A stretch of DNA of 64,000 nucleotides from Escherichia coli (GCF_022846255.1 NZ_AP025682.1), one strand, 5' to 3'. Counted from the stretch's first letter, positions 25,885 to 37,495 are shown. The notes: generated by a model not told the origin, from the sequence alone. Made by a program: numbers and translations.

Positions 25885-28176
25885 TTGTCAGAACTACTCT
25901 CTTTCGCCCTTTTTCTCGCCTCTGTGCTGATTTACGCATGGAAAGCGGGACGTAACACCTGGTGGTTTGCAGCCACGTTAACGGTGCTGGGGCTATTTGT
26001 CGTTTTAAATATCACCCTGTTTGCCAGCGACTATTTTACTGGCGATGGTATTAACGACGCGGTTCTCTATACCTTAACCAACAGCCTGACCGGTGCTGGC
26101 GTCAGCAAATACATTCTGCCGGGTATCGGCATTGTGCTGGGGCTGACAGCGGTGTTCGGTGCGCTGGGCTGGATCCTGCGCCGTCGTCGTCATCATCCGC
26201 ACCATTTTGGTTACAGCCTGCTGGCACTCTTACTGGCGCTGGGTTCAGTGGATGCCAGCCCGGCATTTCGTCAGATAACGGAACTGGTGAAATCCCAGTC
26301 ACGCGACGGCGACCCGGACTTTGCGGCTTATTATAAAGAGCCGTCGAAAACTATCCCTGACCCGAAACTCAACCTGGTTTATATCTACGGCGAAAGTCTC
26401 GAGCGAACCTATTTTGATAACGAAGCTTTCCCGGATCTCACGCCTGAACTGGGCGCGTTGAAAAATGAAGGCCTGGATTTCAGCCACACGCAGCAGCTGC
26501 CAGGAACGGATTACACGATTGCGGGCATGGTGGCTTCTCAGTGCGGCATACCGCTGTTTGCCCCCTTTGAAGGCAACGCCTCCGCCTCTGTCTCCAGCTT
26601 CTTCCCGCAGAACATCTGTCTGGGCGATATCCTGAAAAACTCGGGTTATCAGAACTATTTCGTGCAGGGCGCGAATCTGCGTTTTGCCGGTAAAGATGTG
26701 TTCCTGAAATCGCACGGCTTCGACCACTTATTCGGCTCAGAAGAGCTGAAAAGCGTGGTGGCCGACCCGCACTATCGCAACGACTGGGGATTCTACGACG
26801 ATACCGTTCTCGATGAAGCGTGGAAAAAGTTTGAAGAGCTTTCCCGCTCAGGTCAGCGATTCTCACTGTTTACCCTGACAGTCGATACCCATCACCCGGA
26901 TGGTTTTATCTCGCGTACCTGTAACCGCAAAAAATATGATTTTGACGGTAAGCCGAATCAGTCATTCAGCGCGGTAAGTTGCAGTCAGGAGAATATCGCG
27001 ACGTTTATCAACAAAATCAAAGCGTCACCGTGGTTTAAAGATACCGTCATCGTCGTCTCTTCTGACCATTTAGCGATGAACAACACGGCGTGGAAATACC
27101 TCAATAAACAGGATCGCAATAACCTGTTTTTTGTCATCCGTGGCGACAAGCCGCAGCAAGAGACGCTGGCGGTGAAGCGTAACACGATGGATAACGGCGC
27201 GACGGTGCTGGACATTCTCGGTGGCGATAACTATCTCGGACTTGGTCGTAGCAGTTTATCCGGGCAGTCGATGTCGGAAATCTTCCTCAATATCAAAGAG
27301 AAAACATTGGCGTGGAAGCCGGATATCATCCGCCTGTGGAAATTCCCTAAAGAGATGAAAGAGTTCACCATCGACCAGCAGAAAAACATGATTGCCTTCT
27401 CGGGTAGCCATTTCCGTTTGCCGCTGCTGTTGCGGGTTTCAGACAAGCGCGTAGAACCGCTGCCGGAAAGTGAATACTCAGCACCGCTGCGTTTCCAGCT
27501 GGCCGATTTCGCTCCACGCGACAATTTCGTCTGGGTTGACCGTTGCTATAAGATGGCACAACTCTGGGCTCCGGAACTGGCACTTTCCACCGACTGGTGT
27601 GTCTCGCAAGGGCAGCTTGGCGGTCAGCAAATTGTCCAGCATGTTGACAAAACAACATGGAAGGGCAAAACGGCATTTAAAGATACGGTCATCGACATGG
27701 CGCGTTACAAAGGCAATGTCGATACGCTGAAGATTGTTGATAACGATATTCGCTACAAAGCCGACAGTTTCATCTTTAACGTCGCCGGTGCGCCAGAAGA
27801 GGTGAAACAGTTTAGCGGAATTTCCCGTCCGGAGTCGTGGGGCCGCTGGTCCAACGCTCAGCTGGGCGATGAAGTAAAAATCGAGTACAAGCACCCGCTG
27901 CCGAAGAAATTTGACCTGGTGATTACCGCCAAAGCATACGGCAATAACGCCAGCCGTCCTATTCCGGTACGCGTAGGCAATGAAGAACAAACTCTTGTGC
28001 TGGGCAATGAAGTGACCACCACCACGCTGCATTTCGATAACCCAACCGATGCCAACACGCTGGTAATTGTGCCGCCGGAACCTGTCTCAACCAACGAAGG
28101 GAATATCCTCGGACACTCGCCGCGTAAGCTCGGGATCGGCATGGTGGAAATTAAAGTGGTGGAACGTGAAGGGTAA
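25885..28176 (+). CDS. opgB: Phosphoglycerol transferase I (OPG biosynthesis)
   Basis: 763-aa ORF; N-terminal TM helices plus sulfatase-like domain. Confidence 0.93.
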   Translation: MSELLSFALFLASVLIYAWKAGRNTWWFAATLTVLGLFVVLNITLFASDYFTGDGINDAVLYTLTNSLTGAGVSKYILPGIGIVLGLTAVFGALGWILRRRRHHPHHFGYSLLALLLALGSVDASPAFRQITELVKSQSRDGDPDFAAYYKEPSKTIPDPKLNLVYIYGESLERTYFDNEAFPDLTPELGALKNEGLDFSHTQQLPGTDYTIAGMVASQCGIPLFAPFEGNASASVSSFFPQNICLGDILKNSGYQNYFVQGANLRFAGKDVFLKSHGFDHLFGSEELKSVVADPHYRNDWGFYDDTVLDEAWKKFEELSRSGQRFSLFTLTVDTHHPDGFISRTCNRKKYDFDGKPNQSFSAVSCSQENIATFINKIKASPWFKDTVIVVSSDHLAMNNTAWKYLNKQDRNNLFFVIRGDKPQQETLAVKRNTMDNGATVLDILGGDNYLGLGRSSLSGQSMSEIFLNIKEKTLAWKPDIIRLWKFPKEMKEFTIDQQKNMIAFSGSHFRLPLLLRVSDKRVEPLPESEYSAPLRFQLADFAPRDNFVWVDRCYKMAQLWAPELALSTDWCVSQGQLGGQQIVQHVDKTTWKGKTAFKDTVIDMARYKGNVDTLKIVDNDIRYKADSFIFNVAGAPEEVKQFSGISRPESWGRWSNAQLGDEVKIEYKHPLPKKFDLVITAKAYGNNASRPIPVRVGNEEQTLVLGNEVTTTTLHFDNPTDANTLVIVPPEPVSTNEGNILGHSPRKLGIGMVEIKVVEREG

Positions 28177-28190
28177 TTCCTGACTGATTT

Positions 28191-28215
28191 GTAGGTCGCA
28201 TAAGGTGCGACCTAC
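28191..28215. terminator. Hairpin between convergent opgB and lgoD
   Basis: Perfect 9-bp inverted repeat GTAGGTCGC...GCGACCTAC; an A8 run at ~28252 gives a U-tract for the minus-strand transcript. Confidence 0.4.
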
Positions 28216-28313
28216 ACACCTTCTCCGGCTCACAACACATTATTAAGAAACAAAAAAAACAGCGCCCAACACTTCCCCGGACGCTGCATGGCAACTTGAA
28301 TAATCTCGCCTTA

Positions 28314-29336
28314 TCAGAAAGTAATTACGCCCTTAATCAACTCACGATTGTTAATCACATCGCGCTCGTAGGTTTCTGCCAGTGTGGCGAACGGATAGCG
28401 GTGGGTTAACATCATGTCGGCAGTGATTTTCCCTTCCGCCATCAGTCGACCGACTTTAGCGAAATCTTCCGGCGTGGCGTTGCGGCTGCCCATCATCGTC
28501 GTTTCTTTTTTATGGAATTCCGGATCGGAGAACTGCAACTCACCTTTAAACAGGCCGACAAGTACCACCGTGCCGCCGTGACGAATCAGATTTACGGTGT
28601 TATTCATCGCATGTTGATTACCTGTCGCGTCGATCACTTTCTGCGCCAGCGAACCACCAAACTGCGCCCGCAGCTGCGCGTCAAAATCTTCGGCTGACGG
28701 GTCCAGCACGGGCAACTCCAGACGCGTTGCCACATGTTCACGACGCGCCGGACTGGTATCCGCCACCACCACCTGCGCGCCATCGGCTTTAGCGATTGCC
28801 GCCGCGCCCAGACCGATTGGCCCCGCCCCGACCACCAGCACCTGCTCGCCGGGAGCAATGGCTGCACGACGCACCGCATGAGCGCTAATAGCGAAAGGTT
28901 CAATCAATGCTGCCGCCTGCGGGTCAATACCGTCTGTGGGCAAAATGTTCGCCACCGGCACGCTCAAATACTCACTAAAACCGCCATCCTGATGCACGCC
29001 AATGACTGAAATTTTTTCACAGCAATTGGTACGACCGCTTTTACACGCCGGGCATTGCTGACAAGAAATATACGGAATTACCGCAACTTGCTGTCCGATA
29101 TTAAAATTGTGAATGTTTTTTCCTGATTCAATAATCTCCCCACATATTTCATGGCCTAAAACGCGTGGATAACTGAAAAATGGCTGATTGCCCGCCCAGG
29201 CATGAATATCTGTACCGCAAATCCCGACAGTTTTAATTTTAATTAATGCTTCATTATCGCCTGGCACCGGTCTTTCCCGGACTTCCCATACTAAATTCTT
29301 TATTTCCTGACAAATTAATACTTTCATTGTGGACAT
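28314..29336 (-). CDS. lgoD: Zn-dependent dehydrogenase, L-galactonate 5-dehydrogenase-like
   Basis: 340-aa ORF; MDR-family motifs GHEICGEI and GAGPIGLGA. Confidence 0.88.
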   Translation of the reverse strand: MSTMKVLICQEIKNLVWEVRERPVPGDNEALIKIKTVGICGTDIHAWAGNQPFFSYPRVLGHEICGEIIESGKNIHNFNIGQQVAVIPYISCQQCPACKSGRTNCCEKISVIGVHQDGGFSEYLSVPVANILPTDGIDPQAAALIEPFAISAHAVRRAAIAPGEQVLVVGAGPIGLGAAAIAKADGAQVVVADTSPARREHVATRLELPVLDPSAEDFDAQLRAQFGGSLAQKVIDATGNQHAMNNTVNLIRHGGTVVLVGLFKGELQFSDPEFHKKETTMMGSRNATPEDFAKVGRLMAEGKITADMMLTHRYPFATLAETYERDVINNRELIKGVITF

Positions 29337-29474
29337 GATTCACCGCTCCTTTTATTTTATGACTTTCAGATATCGTCGAATTTATAAGAGCGCCTGAATT
29401 TACCCATAAAATATGCGGATGATCGCGCATAAAAATGTTTTAAATCGGCTTTTAATGCCGGACTGGAGGGAAGA

Positions 29475-30380
29475 ATGAGTCGTTCGCAGAATTTACGTCA
29501 TAGCGTCATAAATCAGGTGATTGAAGATATGGCGAGGGGCAATATTCCTTCTCCGCTGCCTTCACAAAGCGGACTGGCAGAAATGTATAACATCAGTCGC
29601 ACTACGGTACGCCACATACTCCAGCATTTAAGCGCATGTGGCGTGCTCACCCTAGTGGGGAAAAATTATGTTATCGCCCGCAAACCCGAACAGAACGATG
29701 GATTTGATTGCATCACGGCCTCGCTGAAAGAGCAAAACCGTCTTTTCGAGCAGGCATTTTTCACCATGATTAACCTGCGCCAGTTACGCGCCGGAGAAAG
29801 CTTTTCCGAACTTCAGCTGGCGCGAGCGGCAAGCGTCAGTCCGGTAGTGGTACGAGAATATCTTTTGAAATTCGGTCGTTATAATCTTATTCAAAGCGAA
29901 AAGCGCGGCCAATGGAGCATGAAGCAGTTCGATCAATCCTACGCCGAGCAGCTGTTTGAGCTACGCGAAATGCTCGAAACACATTCCCTGCAACACTTTC
30001 TCAACCTTCCCGATGATGACCCTCGCTGGCTGCAAGCAAAAACCATGCTCGAACGCCACCGGACGCTGCGCGACAGCATTGGCAGCAACTTTCGAATGTT
30101 TTCTCAATTAGACCGTGATTTTCATGCCATGCTGTTATCCGCTGCTGACAACATCTTTTTTAATCAATCACTTGAAATTATATCGGTGATCTTTCATTTT
30201 CACTATCAATGGGATGAAAGCGATCTCAAACAGCGCAATATCATTGCTGTTGATGAACATATGACCATTCTCAGCGCCCTGATTTGCCGTAGCGATTTAG
30301 ATGCAATAACGGCGTTGCGAAACCATCTGGATACCGCCAAACAATCAATGATTCGTTCCATCAGGCAACATCACCGATAA
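29475..30380 (+). CDS. lgoR: GntR/FadR-family transcriptional regulator LgoR
   Basis: 301-aa ORF; N-terminal GntR HTH (LPSQSGLAEMYNISRTTVRHIL); divergent from lgoD. Confidence 0.85.
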   Translation: MSRSQNLRHSVINQVIEDMARGNIPSPLPSQSGLAEMYNISRTTVRHILQHLSACGVLTLVGKNYVIARKPEQNDGFDCITASLKEQNRLFEQAFFTMINLRQLRAGESFSELQLARAASVSPVVVREYLLKFGRYNLIQSEKRGQWSMKQFDQSYAEQLFELREMLETHSLQHFLNLPDDDPRWLQAKTMLERHRTLRDSIGSNFRMFSQLDRDFHAMLLSAADNIFFNQSLEIISVIFHFHYQWDESDLKQRNIIAVDEHMTILSALICRSDLDAITALRNHLDTAKQSMIRSIRQHHR

Positions 30381-30550
30381 ATTAAGTACAGATTAAAAAC
30401 ATTGATTCTTGGTTTATATCACTATGTTGTATTAATGCAGTATTAATCCAGGCGATTGTTCTGCCCATAAGGAAATACATAGGGAATAAACGATGCTGGA
30501 AGTATTACTCTCAGCCATCATTTAACTCCCTATTACTGACAGCGATAAAA

Positions 30551-32224
30551 TTATCGGCTATCCATGATTAACGTTTCCAGCACATCTAATTCACTGACTA
30601 TTTTTGCCAGTGTTTCATCACTGACTTCTTGCCTTGCGCGCATCTGGTAAATAGCCGCGCGTTTGGCATTTAACGCCGCCAGATTAAATGTTCTTTCCAG
30701 CTTCGCACGCTGCATATGCAGGGAATTATCATTAGGCGACATATCCTCTTCACTATGTCGCATATAACCGATAACTCTGGCCCCCGTTTCCATAATCAAC
30801 TCGTTATCGAGGTTTTCTGTTCTGGCGCGCAGCAAACGTTGCTCGGTCTTTTGCACACTCAGTATGGCCATTTTAGCCATAAACAGATCGGCAGCTTCCT
30901 CTTCTTTTTGTCGGTTATCGCTGAAAATCCCCACATTTTTCCCCAGTAATAACGGCAGAATAATAATGCCGCAAACCAGCGAAAAGAGGATCACACCTGT
31001 GGCGAGAAATACCAGCAAGTAACGCCCGGGAAAAGGTGTGCCATCCGGCAGCAATAACGGGATAGAAAGCACCCCCGCAAGCGTGATAGCTCCGCGCACC
31101 CCCGCAAAGGTCGCCAGCAGCATATGACGCGTTTTATATCCAGCAAACAGCATCGGATGTTTGCCGGGTCGTTTACGGCTATACAGACGCATCAGCCAAA
31201 GCCAGCCCAGGCGCACAACCATTAACGCCAGGTAGATCCAAATGACATCAAGGAGCAGCGATCCGGTGTCCACCAGTGGATCGTTTTCTGCACGGATCAG
31301 TGATTCCGAAATAATGCCCGGCAGTTGTAAGCCTAAAATCAGAAACACCATGCCGTTAAAGACATATTCAAGCATCGACCAGCTACTTTTAGCTTTAATT
31401 CTCAGGCGAATAGGCGCGCGGTGGACTACGCCAATGCGACTGGTTGTTAACCCCGCGGCGACAGCGGCAAGAATGCCAGATAAGCCAAAATGTTCCGCAA
31501 CCAGATAAACAATAAACGGCAACAGAAGCATCAATACAATCTGAATGGAAGGTTCATCGTGAGCATATCGGCTGATCAACAGCAGCCCTTTACCATATAA
31601 CCAGGTAACAGCGATCCCCACGGCAATACCGCCCAACGCAACGACAAAAAACGCAATGGTTGCGCCATGAACGCTGAATTCCATCGTTCCCATCGTCACT
31701 GCAACAGCAAATTTCAACGCCACCAGGCCGGAAGCATCATTCATCAACGCTTCGCCTTCGAGCACTTCCTGGATGTTTTTGCTGATACGCCCTTTCCCGA
31801 CAATCCCCAGCAACGCCACGGCATCGGTAGGCGACAACACGGCGGCTAATGCGAAAACAGCGATGAGCGGCACATTCGGTAAGAGTAAATGAATCACATA
31901 GCCGACACCAAAAATAGTGATTAGTACCAACACAAGTGCCAGGCTGATAATTTCCCGGCTGTGCTTGATCAATTCTTTAGGTTGTATTTTTGAACTTTCA
32001 GCAAACAACAGGGGTGGTATAAACAATAAGAGAAAAAGTTCAGGATTGAATTCCACATGCAGACCAAATATAGGCTGGGCCAGTACTGCACCAGCGGCAA
32101 TCTGGATTAAAGGAAGTGGTATCTGGACAGGAGACAGACGTGTAAGCACGCTGGTTAATGATACTACCAACGTAAGAATTAAAATTGTTAAAAGTATTTC
32201 CATATAATAAACAGGCTTCCTCAT
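30551..32224 (-). CDS. CPA1-family Na+/H+ (cation/proton) antiporter with C-terminal cytoplasmic domain
   Basis: 557-aa ORF, many TM segments, NhaP/NHE-like; start ambiguous between ATG at 32224 and ATG at 32203. Confidence 0.75.
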   Translation of the reverse strand: MRKPVYYMEILLTILILTLVVSLTSVLTRLSPVQIPLPLIQIAAGAVLAQPIFGLHVEFNPELFLLLFIPPLLFAESSKIQPKELIKHSREIISLALVLVLITIFGVGYVIHLLLPNVPLIAVFALAAVLSPTDAVALLGIVGKGRISKNIQEVLEGEALMNDASGLVALKFAVAVTMGTMEFSVHGATIAFFVVALGGIAVGIAVTWLYGKGLLLISRYAHDEPSIQIVLMLLLPFIVYLVAEHFGLSGILAAVAAGLTTSRIGVVHRAPIRLRIKAKSSWSMLEYVFNGMVFLILGLQLPGIISESLIRAENDPLVDTGSLLLDVIWIYLALMVVRLGWLWLMRLYSRKRPGKHPMLFAGYKTRHMLLATFAGVRGAITLAGVLSIPLLLPDGTPFPGRYLLVFLATGVILFSLVCGIIILPLLLGKNVGIFSDNRQKEEEAADLFMAKMAILSVQKTEQRLLRARTENLDNELIMETGARVIGYMRHSEEDMSPNDNSLHMQRAKLERTFNLAALNAKRAAIYQMRARQEVSDETLAKIVSELDVLETLIMDSR

Positions 32225-32893
32225 TCATAAATAATGGATATTATTAATTTAATTTCATAAAAAGCGCTCTGGTTAGCACTTAACGTTAATCATTAATCAC
32301 TGCGTTCACTCACATGATCAGAAGGAACCCAGTAAAATAAGTTTTCAAGTTGATAACAAATTCACCATGTGAATATTTACTGCCTTTCCCCGTTGTAACG
32401 AATCGTCCGTTACTCTCTGATTTCCTTGCCGAACAAGTTATTTAGTGAATGACGGCTTTCTTTTAATATCAGCATGAATTATACGTTCAGCAAATGTATT
32501 AAATCAGCACTAAATAAATTTAATGGATACCACCATTCTGCGTCAACACTTAGTTTTTATCTGTATTGACAATTTAAAATGGCCGCAGCCAAATTAATGA
32601 TTTTATTTTTAATAAATCATCAACAGAATAAGAGATCTTATCAGCGGTAACTAAACTCATCAGAGGGTGTTCCTTGTAACGTCATGCATTACATAACTTT
32701 AAAATATACAATCAAAAAATGCATTAAAAACCGATTAAAAGCAGCAAAGTATTACCCGGTGCACGAATTTATGATACATCTGCAGCCATTCTGCTATTCG
32801 CTGACTACTTTTCAGTAATGACTGCTTTTTCATAAGGTTTCACTCCCGACAACAATGTTGGAGTTTTATTTTCTTAGCATGGAGTAAGTAAAG
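32225..32893. promoter_or_regulatory. AT-rich divergent intergenic region between the antiporter gene and the TRAP operon
   Basis: About 670 bp, very AT-rich, no ORF of 60 aa or more; contains a TTGACA-like hexamer. Confidence 0.35.
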
Positions 32894-33865
32894 ATGAGCA
32901 AAATAATAGCGATGCTAATTACTGTCAGTACCTTTTTTTTACCGTCAATAATCCAGGCAAAACCTATTTCAATAAAAGTTGCCTATGAAAATAACCCTGG
33001 AGAACCCCTGGATGTAGTCATGCGTTACTGGGCAGACCTATTAAATAAAAAAAGTAATGGCGAAATAACACTTGCGCTCTATCCCAGCTCCCAATTGGGA
33101 TCAAAACAGGATGTCACCGAGCAAGCCATGATGGGCATGAATGTCATAACCTTGAGTGATGTGGCCTTTCTTGCCGATTATGAACCCGATTTGGGGATTT
33201 TGTTTGGACCGTATCTGACTGACGATCCGCAAAAACTGTTCAAAATATATGAAAGCGACTGGTTTAAACAAAAAAATGAAAGTCTGAAGAAAAAGGGAAT
33301 TCATGTGGTAATGAATAATTATCTCTATGGCACTCGACAGATTATTTCGAAAAAACCCATTCGCACCGTTGACGATCTCGCAGGTTTAAAAATTCGCGTT
33401 CCTAATAACGTCATGCAAATAAAAGCCATTCAGGCGATGGGGGCAACACCAACTCCCATGCCATTAGGCGAAGTTTATCCCGCATTAACCCAGGGCGTTA
33501 TTGACGGCGTAGAAAACCCAATTTCAGTGCTGCAAGGGCAAAAACTGTATGAGCAGGCAAGATATCTGACAATGGTTAACTACCTGACAAATACCTCAGT
33601 GTGGATAGGTGGTGAAGCCTTCTTTAGCACCCTTTCACCAGAACAACTGGAGATGATCCACCAGACCGGCTATGAAGCGGGTGTCTATAGCCAGAAACTC
33701 ACTCTTGAGCGTGATGCCGAAATGTTGAAAACCATGCAGGCAGCCGGCGTCGAAGTGATCTATCCCGATACTGGACCATTCCAGAAGAAAGCACGCGAAG
33801 TTTACTCTCAATTCCCGGAATGGACACCAGGTCTGTACGAAACCATTCAACAGCAACTGCAATAA
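32894..33865 (+). CDS. TRAP transporter substrate-binding protein (DctP family)
   Basis: 323-aa ORF with signal peptide; markedly AT-rich codon usage; followed by DctQ/DctM-like genes. Confidence 0.8.
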   Translation: MSKIIAMLITVSTFFLPSIIQAKPISIKVAYENNPGEPLDVVMRYWADLLNKKSNGEITLALYPSSQLGSKQDVTEQAMMGMNVITLSDVAFLADYEPDLGILFGPYLTDDPQKLFKIYESDWFKQKNESLKKKGIHVVMNNYLYGTRQIISKKPIRTVDDLAGLKIRVPNNVMQIKAIQAMGATPTPMPLGEVYPALTQGVIDGVENPISVLQGQKLYEQARYLTMVNYLTNTSVWIGGEAFFSTLSPEQLEMIHQTGYEAGVYSQKLTLERDAEMLKTMQAAGVEVIYPDTGPFQKKAREVYSQFPEWTPGLYETIQQQLQ

Positions 33866-33928
33866 GCATTAATGCTCAGCGTCCTGCCTCATCTCTCTTA
33901 GGCAGGACACGCACTAACAGGAGGTTTC

Positions 33929-34402
33929 ATGCGTCTTTTTGGCAAAGTGGCAGAATTTAGTGCTGCCTTTGCGCTATTCGTTCTGGTTGTGGTGACAATT
34001 GGAGCGGTATTTATGCGTTATTTCATCGGCCAACCGCTTCAATGGACAGAAGAAATGTCGGGAATGCTGATGATTTGGGTGGTGATGTTAGGTGGAGTGG
34101 TGGCGGAACGTGACAGGGCGCACCTGACCATTCCCTTCCTGATGGAGATGCTTCCAGGCAAACTCAGGCGTGTTATTGCAGTACTGGTCGCCCTTCTCTC
34201 CATCGCACTGCTGCTTTATATGGCCTGGCTGGGCTACCGACTAGCCGAAATGGCGCAGTTTAAAGTGACACAAATTCTGAAGGTTTCCTGGTTCTGGATC
34301 GATCTGGCGGTCCCTGTCGGCGCACTGGCAACGGCTATTTATACCCTCTACTGGTTAATAAACGATACAAAACAATCCGATAGCGGAGACAAAATGCAAT
34401 GA
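33929..34402 (+). CDS. TRAP transporter small permease (DctQ family)
   Basis: 157-aa, 4-TM ORF; overlaps the next gene by 4 nt. Confidence 0.8.
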   Translation: MRLFGKVAEFSAAFALFVLVVVTIGAVFMRYFIGQPLQWTEEMSGMLMIWVVMLGGVVAERDRAHLTIPFLMEMLPGKLRRVIAVLVALLSIALLLYMAWLGYRLAEMAQFKVTQILKVSWFWIDLAVPVGALATAIYTLYWLINDTKQSDSGDKMQ

Positions 34403-35670
34403 GTTGGTTATTGATTATTCCGCTAATGATCGTCTGTTTGTTTCTCAACATTCGGGTCTATCTGGCGATGTTTATTGGCATCATCGCTTACTTTTTATTC
34501 TTCTCCAGCGTACCGATTGAAATTGCCGTGCAAAGACTAATCGCGCCAACGCAAAGCCCATCATTGCTGGCCATTCCGTTTTTTATCTTGCTAGGCACAC
34601 TAATGAGCTACACCGGCATTGCCGAACGCATCCTGCACATTGCCAACGTTCTGGTGGGGAAAATGCGCGGCGGACTGGGCGTGGCAAACATTCTCGTCAG
34701 CACCATGATGGGCGGCGTCAGCGCCTCTAACCTTGCTGACGCGGCGATGCTGTCGCGCATGATGGTGCCGGAGATGGAGCGTAAAGGCTACAATCGCGCG
34801 TTTGCCGCCGCCATTACCGCTGGTGGCTCGTTAGTCACCCCGATCATACCGCCTGGAATAGCCCTGATTATTTACGGTCTGGTTGCCGACGTCTCTATCG
34901 GAAAAATGTTTATCGCCGGACTGGTACCTGGTTTGCTATGCGCAGTCGTACTGATGTTTACCGTCTACCTTGTCGCCCGCAAAACTAACGCTAAACCCTC
35001 GCGTGAAAGCTGGCCTACGGGCAAAGAGGTGGTGTTCTCGCTGGGACAGGCCTGGCCTGCGCTGTTCCTCATTTTTGCTGTGGTGGGTGGTATTCGCGCT
35101 AACATTTTCACCCCAACAGAAGCAGGTGCAGTAGCGGTGCTAATCGTGCTGGCGATTGGCTTTTTTATCTATCGTGAAATGCGGATTTCTCATGTCGTCA
35201 AAGCATTGGGCGAAACGGCACGCGCAACCGCATCGGTGATGCTGGTAATCATGGCCAGCGCCGCATTGGGATGGATTTTCTCAATGGAACATGCTGGTGT
35301 CGCAGTGGCGAATTTTGTGACTTCGCTGACCGAAAACAAATACATGTTCCTGTTGATTATCAACATATTGCTGCTGACGCTGGGGATGTTTCTGGAAGGA
35401 AACGCCATTTTGCTGATCCTGGTACCACTATTAAAACCGGTGGTCGAACACTTTGGCATCGATCCGGTGCATTTTGGCATCATCATGATCTTCAACCTGT
35501 CGATTGGCGCATTCACGCCACCGGTAGGTACCGTGATGCTGCTGGTATGTAATATCACGCAAGTTTCGGTGGGAAATTTCTTTAAACAATCCCTGCCCCT
35601 ACTGGCGGCTCTACTGTTAATGCTAATGCTGGTGACATATATCCCGGCGATTTCACTGTTCCTGGTTTAA
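34399..35670 (+). CDS. TRAP transporter large permease (DctM family)
   Basis: 423-aa polytopic membrane ORF; ATGA overlap with the DctQ-like gene. Confidence 0.8.
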   Translation: MSWLLIIPLMIVCLFLNIRVYLAMFIGIIAYFLFFSSVPIEIAVQRLIAPTQSPSLLAIPFFILLGTLMSYTGIAERILHIANVLVGKMRGGLGVANILVSTMMGGVSASNLADAAMLSRMMVPEMERKGYNRAFAAAITAGGSLVTPIIPPGIALIIYGLVADVSIGKMFIAGLVPGLLCAVVLMFTVYLVARKTNAKPSRESWPTGKEVVFSLGQAWPALFLIFAVVGGIRANIFTPTEAGAVAVLIVLAIGFFIYREMRISHVVKALGETARATASVMLVIMASAALGWIFSMEHAGVAVANFVTSLTENKYMFLLIINILLLTLGMFLEGNAILLILVPLLKPVVEHFGIDPVHFGIIMIFNLSIGAFTPPVGTVMLLVCNITQVSVGNFFKQSLPLLAALLLMLMLVTYIPAISLFLV

Positions 35671-35712
35671 TAATAAAAACGCCGGATGAAATACTCATCC
35701 GGCATCATTACG

Positions 35713-37377
35713 TTAAAACGTTTCCCAGTTCTCCTCGCTATCTGCCACGGCCATTTTGCGCGGCGTAGCTGGCGTCACGGTTTTTACCACAGCCGATGCT
35801 TCACGCTGCTGTTGCTGCTGTTGCTGAATCCGGAACACTGCCACTGCTTCGGTCAGGCGACTGGCCTGCTCTTCCAGCGCGGCGGCGGCGGCGGCAGATT
35901 CTTCCACCAGCGCGGCGTTCTGTTGAGTTACCCGGTCCATCTCAGCAACCGCTAAGCCAACCTGATCGATACCACGGCTCTGCTCATCAGAAGCAGAAGC
36001 AATTTCGCCCATAATGTCCGTCACGCGGGTCACGGCACTGACAATCTCCGCCATTGTTTCCCCTGCGCTTTCGACCAGCGTAGAGCCAACATCTACTTTC
36101 CCCACCGAGTCTTCAATCAGGCTTTTAATTTCACGAGCCGCCTGAGCGCTGCGCTGGGCCAGATTACGCACTTCACCCGCGACCACCGCAAAACCGCGCC
36201 CTTGCTCACCCGCGCGCGCTGCTTCAACCGCCGCGTTCAAAGCCAGAATATTGGTCTGGAAGGCAATGCCGTCAATTACGCTGATAATATCGGCGATTTT
36301 CTGCGAACTGGTGGAGATATCGCGCATAGTCTGCACCACGTTATCTACCACTTTGCCGCCGCGTTGCGCCGTTTCAGAAGCACTTAACGCCAGGTGGCTG
36401 GCCTGGCGCGCATTTTCGGCGTTCTGCTTCACCGTTGCGGTCAGTTGCTCCATGCTGGCTGCCGTCTCTTCCAGCGAAGCGGCCTGTTGCTCGGTGCGCG
36501 AAGAGAGATCGTTATTGCCGGTAGCGATTTCGCTGGCACCGCTATAGATGGCATTGGCCCCGTTGCGCACATCACCGACGGTACGCATCAGCTCTCCCTG
36601 CATATGGCGCAAACTCTCAGCCAGTTGCCCCATCTCATTAGAGCCATCCACCTCAATCGGTTTCACCAGATCGCCGCCTGCAATATGACGAATGCTGTCA
36701 ATCAGGCGATTCATTGGCGCTACCAACGAGGCTTTAATACCGAACCAGACGGCGAAGATGACCGCCAGTACGACGATCATCACGCCCACCAGAATCCACA
36801 TCGCCTGGCTGTAGGAGGCATTGTTATCGCTGACGGCGATATCATAGAGCCGATCGTTTTGCTCCATGTAAGCCACATACTGCTTCTCGAAACCGTCCTG
36901 ATATCCCTGGGTCGGCTGATCAAAGAACTCGTTGATTTTGCCTGCACCTAACAGTTGGATCAGCTCCGCCAGCGCATTGTGATAAATATCGTAATTACGT
37001 TTGATCTCTGCCGCTGCGGCGGTGCTCTGACGCGGGTCACGCGGCAACGCTTCGTAATCCGCCCAGTTTTTTTCCGCCTGTTTCAGCGAAATACTGGCAC
37101 TCTGCATCAGCTCAGCAACGGTTGAACCGCTACCAATATTATTCTGATCCATCATGTAGCGGATACCCGCGCGGTTGAGGGTGTTACGCGTCTGCAACAA
37201 CGCGACCCAGCTGCCATTCAGCGTGGATTGCTGCTGGCGAATGGTTTGTAAAACAGTGAAATTTTCTTTGTCATTCTTTAAGGCATTAAAGAACAGACCG
37301 CCTGATGTCAGTTGTAAAAGGCCAAAAACGGCCAAAACCAGCAGTAAGCTGGTCACGATCTTGATACGTTTTAACAT
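35713..37377 (-). CDS. tsr: Methyl-accepting chemotaxis protein I (serine chemoreceptor)
   Basis: 554-aa ORF ending ...EENWETF; HAMP and MCP signalling domains; seven consecutive Gln codons in the C-terminal linker. Confidence 0.93.
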   Translation of the reverse strand: MLKRIKIVTSLLLVLAVFGLLQLTSGGLFFNALKNDKENFTVLQTIRQQQSTLNGSWVALLQTRNTLNRAGIRYMMDQNNIGSGSTVAELMQSASISLKQAEKNWADYEALPRDPRQSTAAAAEIKRNYDIYHNALAELIQLLGAGKINEFFDQPTQGYQDGFEKQYVAYMEQNDRLYDIAVSDNNASYSQAMWILVGVMIVVLAVIFAVWFGIKASLVAPMNRLIDSIRHIAGGDLVKPIEVDGSNEMGQLAESLRHMQGELMRTVGDVRNGANAIYSGASEIATGNNDLSSRTEQQAASLEETAASMEQLTATVKQNAENARQASHLALSASETAQRGGKVVDNVVQTMRDISTSSQKIADIISVIDGIAFQTNILALNAAVEAARAGEQGRGFAVVAGEVRNLAQRSAQAAREIKSLIEDSVGKVDVGSTLVESAGETMAEIVSAVTRVTDIMGEIASASDEQSRGIDQVGLAVAEMDRVTQQNAALVEESAAAAAALEEQASRLTEAVAVFRIQQQQQQQREASAVVKTVTPATPRKMAVADSEENWETF

Positions 37378-37495
37378 GGTTTCTCTTTCCTGTGGACCGA
37401 TGCAAGATTTTCGGCCTGGAAAGGAAAAACTTTATGAAAAGGTGTAACCCGCCATCCATGGAAAAACCAGGCGCTGGTTATCAGATATTAAAAAG

